A stretch of DNA of 64,000 bases from Clostridiales bacterium (GTDB taxonomy: Bacteria; Bacillota; Clostridia; Oscillospirales; Oscillospiraceae), in contig JALFAD010000046.1 in NCBI GenBank assembly GCA_022772525.1, positions 56-64,055 on the forward strand, read 5' to 3'. Of the stretch, positions 58,392 through 64,000 are shown in pieces. The notes under the pieces were generated by a model, which saw nothing but the letters and a program-made list of their open reading frames with translations, had not been told where the DNA came from and did no database searches. How positions within the stretch are numbered: position 1 is the stretch's first letter; every line of letters begins with the position of its first letter. The translations under genes and the position numbers were made by a program.

Positions 58392-59357
58392 TTAAGCCGC
58401 AGCGTCCAGCATATTCTGAATATAGATTCCATACCCCGCCGTAGGGTCGTTGACAAGGACGTGGGTCACCGCGCCAATGAGCTGCCCGTCCTGCAAAATG
58501 GGGCTTCCCGACATACCCTGTACAATCCCGCCGGTAGCGCTCAGAAGGTCAGGGTCTGTCACCTTCAGCAGAAAATTCCGGCAGTCTGCCCGGGTTTGTG
58601 GATAGATTTTCAAAATTTCCACAGAATACTCCTGCGCTTGCCCGCTGCCGATCTGGGCCCGGATTGCCGCCGGGCCGGTGTGAATCTGGGAATACTCCGC
58701 CACCGGCAGCGCTTCTCCCTTCCAGCCCCGGGGATTGATACCGAAAACGCCCTGCGCCGTGTTGCGCAGCAGCGGGGCAATAGGCTCGATGGAACGGGCC
58801 GCTCCCTTTAATTGCCCGGGGTCACCGCTTTTTCCCTTTTTGACTTCCATGACGGAGGCCTCATAAGCGCTGCCCCGGGTCATGTTCAGCAGCCCGTCGC
58901 TGCCGCAGACCCCGTGTCCCAGCGCGCCGAACACGCCGGTGTCCGGGTCAAAATAGGTCACCGTTCCGATGCCAGCGATGCCCTGCCGCAGATAGACCCC
59001 CATTCTGGGTCCGTCCTTGGTTTGGGTGGGTGTCAGCGTCAGCTGCCGCTGCTTTCCGCTTCGGCTGACGGTCAGATTCAGTTCGTTTTCGCCAGAGTCC
59101 AGCGCGGCCCGGACATCCTCGGCGCAGGCGATGGGTGTACCATTGATTTTCACGATTTGGTCGCCGATTTTCAGCCCGGCGGTTTTGGCGGCGCCGCCAA
59201 GTACATCATCGTAGGCCGCCACCGTCACCGTATCATTATATAGCTGCAAGCCGATAACCTGTCCCACCGGCACCAGACGCTCCGCTGCCAGCGCCCGTAC
59301 AGGCAGCAGCGTCAGCATTGCCAGAAAAACCGACAGGCGCAAAAAATGCCGTTTCAT
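58392..59357 (-). CDS. spoIVB: SpoIVB peptidase (S55) with PDZ domain
   Basis: AGIGTVT, FGALGHG, GGIVQGMSGSPI and GAVTHV motifs. Confidence 0.92.
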   Translation of the reverse strand: MKRHFLRLSVFLAMLTLLPVRALAAERLVPVGQVIGLQLYNDTVTVAAYDDVLGGAAKTAGLKIGDQIVKINGTPIACAEDVRAALDSGENELNLTVSRSGKQRQLTLTPTQTKDGPRMGVYLRQGIAGIGTVTYFDPDTGVFGALGHGVCGSDGLLNMTRGSAYEASVMEVKKGKSGDPGQLKGAARSIEPIAPLLRNTAQGVFGINPRGWKGEALPVAEYSQIHTGPAAIRAQIGSGQAQEYSVEILKIYPQTRADCRNFLLKVTDPDLLSATGGIVQGMSGSPILQDGQLIGAVTHVLVNDPTAGYGIYIQNMLDAAA

Positions 59358-59501
59358 TTTTCTCCCTCCTTTTTCTGCCCGGTCTTAATATGACCCGCAC
59401 ACCGGAATGTAACCGCTGAAAAAGTCGAAAAATCAGGAATGGACTGGCTTTTCTGGCAAAAAATGCCGCAATTGTGACTTCGTCACCCTTGCGGCCGATT
59501 T

Positions 59502-59554
59502 ACCTATTGACAATGTAGGTTGGTGGTGCTATATTACCCATGGAATTACTAGGT
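59502..59554 (+). promoter_or_regulatory. iscS promoter with two ACCyA-N9-TAGGT boxes (putative Rrf2 operators)
   Basis: TTGACA(59507)-N17-TATATT. Dyads at 59502-59520 and 59536-59554. Confidence 0.7.
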
Positions 59555-59577
59555 AAATACCTTGGAGGAATACAACT

Positions 59578-60765
59578 ATGCAAGTTTACGCGGATAACGC
59601 GGCAACCACCGCCATGAGTCAGGTTGCCATCAACGCCATGCTGCCCTACTTTGACAAGATCTACGGCAATCCCTCTTCCCTGCACTCCGTCGGTCAACGG
59701 GCCAAGGAAGCGCTGGATGCCGCCCGTGCCACCGTAGCCCAGTGCCTTGGCTGTGAGCCGAGAGAAATCATCTTCACCTCCGGCGGCAGCGAGGCCGACA
59801 ATCAGGCCATCATCTCCGCCGCCCGGTTCGGCGCGAAGAAGGGCAAAAAGCACATCATTTCCACCGCCTTTGAGCACCACGCCGTGCTGCACACCCTTGC
59901 GAAGCTGGAAAAAGAGGGCTTCGAGGTCACCTATCTGGATGTACACAACAATCACAACGTGTCCGCCCAGCAAGTGAAGGACGCCATCCGGCCCGACACC
60001 TGCCTAGTCACCACCATGTACGCCAACAACGAGATCGGCTCCGTGCTGCCCATTGCCGAAATCGGCGCCATCTGCAAGGAGGCCGGTGTCATCTTCCACA
60101 CCGATGCCGTTCAGGCCGTTGGTCACCTGCACATCAACGTGAAGGAACAGAACATCGATATGCTGAGCCTGTCCGCCCACAAGTTCCACGGCCCCAAGGG
60201 CGTGGGTGCGCTGTATGTCCGCAAGGGCATTCCGCTGGTGAACATCATCGAGGGTGGCGCGCAGGAGCGGGGCAAGCGGGCCGGCACGGAAAACCTGCCC
60301 GGCATCTGCGGCATGGCCGCTGCTATGAAGGACGCCTGCGACCACATTGACGAGAATATGCCGAAGGTGGCCGCCATGCGGGACCGGCTCATTGAGGGCC
60401 TGTCCAAAATTCCCCACAGCGCCGTCAACGGCGACCTTGTCCACCGTCTGCCCGGCAACGTCAGCTTCTGCTTCGAGGGCATCGAGGGCGAGAGCCTGCT
60501 GCTTCTGCTGGACGCCAACGGCGTGTGCGCCTCCTCCGGCTCCGCCTGCACCTCCGGCTCTTTGGACCCCAGCCATGTGCTGCTGGCTATCGGCCGGGTT
60601 CACGACGTGGCCCACGGCTCCCTGCGGCTTTCCCTGTGCGAGTACAACACAGAAGAAGAAGTGGATCACATTCTGAAGGTGGTGCCCGAGGTGGTGCAGT
60701 ATCTGCGGAACATGAGCCCCGTGTGGCGTGACCTGCAGACCGGCAAGCGGCAGTATATTCTGTAA
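59578..60765 (+). CDS. iscS: Cysteine desulfurase
   Basis: DNAATT, GNPSS, SAHKFHGPKG and SSGSAC motifs. Confidence 0.96.
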   Translation: MQVYADNAATTAMSQVAINAMLPYFDKIYGNPSSLHSVGQRAKEALDAARATVAQCLGCEPREIIFTSGGSEADNQAIISAARFGAKKGKKHIISTAFEHHAVLHTLAKLEKEGFEVTYLDVHNNHNVSAQQVKDAIRPDTCLVTTMYANNEIGSVLPIAEIGAICKEAGVIFHTDAVQAVGHLHINVKEQNIDMLSLSAHKFHGPKGVGALYVRKGIPLVNIIEGGAQERGKRAGTENLPGICGMAAAMKDACDHIDENMPKVAAMRDRLIEGLSKIPHSAVNGDLVHRLPGNVSFCFEGIEGESLLLLLDANGVCASSGSACTSGSLDPSHVLLAIGRVHDVAHGSLRLSLCEYNTEEEVDHILKVVPEVVQYLRNMSPVWRDLQTGKRQYIL

Positions 60766-60771
60766 TACCCA

Positions 60772-60880
60772 TGGCTCCCCCTTTGGGGGAGCTGTCAGCG
60801 AAGCTGACTGAGGGGGTTCGCTTTTGGATCAGGACACCCCTTCCGCCCCTGCGGGGCACCTTCCCCAAAGGGGAAGGCAA
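60772..60880. repeat. Family-B palindromic element between iscS and iscU
   Basis: GGCTCCCCCTTTGGGGGAGC..GACTGAGGGG ... GGGGCACCTTCCCCAAAGGGGAAGGC. Confidence 0.8.
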
Positions 60881-60915
60881 GATTGATTCTATTTTACGAC
60901 AGGAGATTGAATATT

Positions 60916-61359
60916 ATGGCACTGTACAGCGAAAAAGTTATGGATCACTTCATGCACCCCCGGAACGTTGGCACCATCGACGACGCCGACGGCGTGGGTG
61001 AGGTCGGCAACGCCAAGTGCGGCGACATCATGAAGATTTACCTGAAAATTGAAAACGACATCATCGAGGACGTGAAATTCGAGACCTTCGGCTGCGGCTC
61101 CGCCATCGCGTCAAGCTCCATGGCTACCGAAATGATCAAGGGCAAGTCCATCCACGAAGCTCTGGAACTGACCAACAAGGCTGTTGCCGAGGCGCTGGAC
61201 GGTCTGCCCGCCCACAAGATGCACTGCTCCGTGCTGGCGGAGGAGGCCATCAAGAACGCCCTGAAGGACTACTTCGACAAGAATAACATTCCCTACGACC
61301 ATAAAATGTACGAGGAAATGGATCATGAGCAGCTCCACAATCAGGTGCACGGCGAGTAA
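60916..61359 (+). CDS. iscU: Fe-S scaffold protein IscU/NifU
   Basis: PRNVG, CGD, GCGSAIAS and KMHCS motifs. Confidence 0.95.
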   Translation: MALYSEKVMDHFMHPRNVGTIDDADGVGEVGNAKCGDIMKIYLKIENDIIEDVKFETFGCGSAIASSSMATEMIKGKSIHEALELTNKAVAEALDGLPAHKMHCSVLAEEAIKNALKDYFDKNNIPYDHKMYEEMDHEQLHNQVHGE

Positions 61360-61364
61360 AGGCT

Positions 61365-61778
61365 ATGATCGTATCCACCAAAGGACGCTATGCCCTGCGG
61401 GTGATGGTACATTTTGCCCAGCGGGGCGGGGAGGAATACATTCCCCTGAAGGAGATTGCCGAATCTGAAGGCATCTCCCAGAAATATCTGGAATCCATTA
61501 TGACCACGCTCTCCAAGGCGGGTTTTGTGGACGCGGTGCACGGCAAGGGCGGCGGCTACCGTCTGAACCGGAAGCCGGAGGAATACACCATCGGCAGCAT
61601 CCTCAAACTCACCGAGGGCGGCCTTGCCGCCGTGTCCTGCACCAGTCAGGGCGCTGCCGCCTGCTCGCGCACCCAGTGCTGCGAGGCCAAGCCCATGTGG
61701 GATCGCTTAGACAAGATGATCGACGATTTCTTTGAGGAGATTACCCTCGCCGATCTGATAAAGGACGGAAAAGCATAA
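61365..61778 (+). CDS. Rrf2-family regulator (IscR-like)
   Basis: STKGRYAL, GKGGGYRL and a Cys cluster C-x6-C-x4-CC. Confidence 0.92.
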   Translation: MIVSTKGRYALRVMVHFAQRGGEEYIPLKEIAESEGISQKYLESIMTTLSKAGFVDAVHGKGGGYRLNRKPEEYTIGSILKLTEGGLAAVSCTSQGAAACSRTQCCEAKPMWDRLDKMIDDFFEEITLADLIKDGKA

Positions 61779-61983
61779 TAATAATCCCGGTTGAGAGCGT
61801 TCAACCGGGATTTTTGCATTAAGGCAGCACCGCATAATAGGGCAAGGAGATTCGGCGAGAGAATTTGGCGCAAGCGAAAGTATGAAAAATGCGGAAATAC
61901 TGGATGTATTTCCCATTTTTCATACTGCACGATTGGGGCAAAAGATCCGCCGAAGCCCGCAGTTCCCATTGTGCGGTGTTGCC

Positions 61984-63033
61984 TTAATTCTCTTTTCTGT
62001 TTTCCACTTCCTCCGCCACGTTCAGCGAACGCATGACGCTGTACTTATCATAGCGGGTGTCGCCGGTTTCGGACAGGAACACCAGACGGACCTCCGGATC
62101 ATCGAAGGTGACCTGACTGACCTTGCTGCTGACGCTGCCGGCATCCACGTTGTTCAGATAAATGCGGCACCGTTCATCGGGCAGCTGGAAAGCGGGGTCA
62201 TCCACGCCGAAGGAAACCACGAATTTGCTGGAAGCGCAGGCTTCCACGATCTTCTTAGCGGCGGACTGAAGGGCCTCCGTCTTGTCGCCGCTAAAAATGT
62301 ACTGCTCCGAAACGGGGAACCGGAAATTGTCCAGCAGCACCTCGTCAAAGCCCATTTCCTTTAATTCCAGCACCACGGAGGAAATCCATGTGATGGTGGT
62401 GGCGTTGGTGGGGTCCAGCCAGTACATACCGCCCTCATCCATCCACAGGCCGGCGCGGCTGAGCATATACAGGCCGCTTGAAACATGGTTTTCGCCGAAG
62501 GTGCGGTCCCGGAAGGCGCTGATGCGGGCAATTTTATAAAAGCCCTTTTTGTTGATGCGATCCAGCAGCTGGGAAACGCCCTGAATGTTGGTGCTCTGGG
62601 AGGTGATGGCCTCGCTGAGCTTGGAATTATAGAAGAACGTGCCGAAAGGGCCCTTCATGTCCACCATGATGGGGGTGCTGCTGGGCAGTCGCTCCACCTG
62701 AAGCATCACATTGTCCAGGTCCTCCTTATACATATCGCTGGTGATGTAATAGCCGGACAGCTGGGTCATTTCCTTGGCGGTGTCGATGGCATCGGCGCCC
62801 TCGTTGTAGAAGATGGACACCTCTACATTGTTCTTTGCCGGTGCGGCCTCTACGCCGGAAATCTCGTAGGAGGACTGGTTAAAATCCAGCTTCGCGCCGC
62901 TGCTGGTGTAGACCACGTACCGCTGAAGCCACACGACCCAGCACAGCCAGGCCACCAGAAAAACCAGCAAAAAAATCAACGCGGCAATGCCCACCCGGCG
63001 CAGAATCCGCCGGTGGCGATAGGGTATACTCAT
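61984..63033 (-). CDS. Membrane-anchored putative glycoside hydrolase (DUF4015-like)
   Basis: N-terminal TM, IARISAFRD, WLDP and GFDEVLLDNFRFP. Confidence 0.7.
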   Translation of the reverse strand: MSIPYRHRRILRRVGIAALIFLLVFLVAWLCWVVWLQRYVVYTSSGAKLDFNQSSYEISGVEAAPAKNNVEVSIFYNEGADAIDTAKEMTQLSGYYITSDMYKEDLDNVMLQVERLPSSTPIMVDMKGPFGTFFYNSKLSEAITSQSTNIQGVSQLLDRINKKGFYKIARISAFRDRTFGENHVSSGLYMLSRAGLWMDEGGMYWLDPTNATTITWISSVVLELKEMGFDEVLLDNFRFPVSEQYIFSGDKTEALQSAAKKIVEACASSKFVVSFGVDDPAFQLPDERCRIYLNNVDAGSVSSKVSQVTFDDPEVRLVFLSETGDTRYDKYSVMRSLNVAEEVENRKEN

Positions 63034-63971
63034 AGGGAACCTCCTTTTTTCGCCGTGACGCAGCGCCACTCCTCTTTGGAGCGGATGGCGGTCACGGTCA
63101 GCCCCGACGCTTCCAGCGCGTCCGTCACGTCCGCCAGACGGCTGTCCAGAATGCCGGAGCAGATCAGAACCGTCCGCTCTGTCATGAAGTCCGGCAGCAC
63201 GGGGGACAGGCCGATAATGACATCTGCCACAATATTCACCAGCAGCAAATCATATGTCTGTTCCGCCAGACGGCGCATCAGGGCTTTGTCCTCGGTAACG
63301 TTGCCGGTCAGAGCGGTGAAGGCGGGGGCAGAAAAGCCGTTGTAGTCGGCATTCTCCCGGGCGATATCCTCGGCCTTTGGATCAATGTCCACGCCCACAG
63401 CGCATTCCGCCCCCAGCCGCAGAGCGGTGATGGACAGAATACCGCTGCCGCTGCCCAAGTCGAGACAGCGAAAGCCGGGGCGCACCGTTTCCTCCATGAC
63501 CTCCATGACCATCTGGGTAGAGGGGTGGGCGCCGGTGCCGAAGGTCAGGCCGGGGTCGAGAATGATTTTCTTCCGATCGGTCTGCGTGTCCTCCAGCCAG
63601 TAGGGCAGCACCACCAGCGATCTCCCCACTGGCTGCGGCGGATAGCTGTCCTTCCAGCTTTCCTCCCAGTCGGTGTCCGGCAGGATGGATACCTGCATGG
63701 TCAGTCCCAAATCGGAGACGGTGTCCTTCAGGCGGGCCATCCCCGCTTCATCGGTATCCTCCAGGTATAGCTTCACCCGGGACAGGCCCTCCAGCTTCTG
63801 CTGGAAATCCTCGTCAATATAGTCCCAGTATGCCCGGTTTTCCTCCAAAAAGGTTTCAAATTCTTCCTGATCCTCGATGACCAGATCAGAAAAGCCCCGG
63901 GCCGTCAGCTGCGCCGCCACGGTATCCACCGTATCCGCCGCGGTGTTCACGATAATTTCCAGCCACGCCAT
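63030..63971 (-). CDS. prmA: Ribosomal protein L11 methyltransferase
   Basis: DPGLTFGTGAHPST, LDLGSGSGIL, DIDP and SGI motifs. Confidence 0.95.
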   Translation of the reverse strand: MAWLEIIVNTAADTVDTVAAQLTARGFSDLVIEDQEEFETFLEENRAYWDYIDEDFQQKLEGLSRVKLYLEDTDEAGMARLKDTVSDLGLTMQVSILPDTDWEESWKDSYPPQPVGRSLVVLPYWLEDTQTDRKKIILDPGLTFGTGAHPSTQMVMEVMEETVRPGFRCLDLGSGSGILSITALRLGAECAVGVDIDPKAEDIARENADYNGFSAPAFTALTGNVTEDKALMRRLAEQTYDLLLVNIVADVIIGLSPVLPDFMTERTVLICSGILDSRLADVTDALEASGLTVTAIRSKEEWRCVTAKKGGSL

Positions 63972-64000
63972 AGTCTCTCTCCTTAAGTTTCGTTTCTCTA

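Noticed and set aside
1303-63345. Many long ORFs antisense to real genes (e.g. 1303-2349, 19295-20974, 20890-22914, 45075-47327)
   Set aside because: Shadow frames caused by high-GC codon bias. They have no RBS or family motifs and overlap well-supported genes.

Overview
GC-rich chromosomal window from a spore-forming Clostridia-class bacterium; gene style suggests Oscillospiraceae (inference). It opens with the distal end of a type I-C-like CRISPR array (7 repeats, no cas genes in the window) and a deleted IS4-like transposase. Mostly housekeeping genes follow: split transketolase, pta, minD, mgsA, hisS, three tRNAs, a pseudouridine catabolism pair, a sugar ABC transporter, cstA, a two-component system, holB-ricT, the rimP-nusA-infB-rbfA-truB-ribF cluster, a TAXI-TRAP transporter, spoIVB, iscS-iscU-rrf2 and prmA. 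The unusual content is intergenic. (1) A self-contained ~270-nt transcription unit at 54.1-54.4 kb has two matching SD-AUG hairpins and a 42-codon frame interrupted only by three in-frame TAG codons. (2) A convergent small-peptide/antisense-RNA locus at 8.05-8.41 kb resembles a type I toxin-antitoxin module. (3) At least five families of small palindromic or heptamer repeats occur, some nested and some inside essential operons. Coordinates were read by eye and no searches were run.
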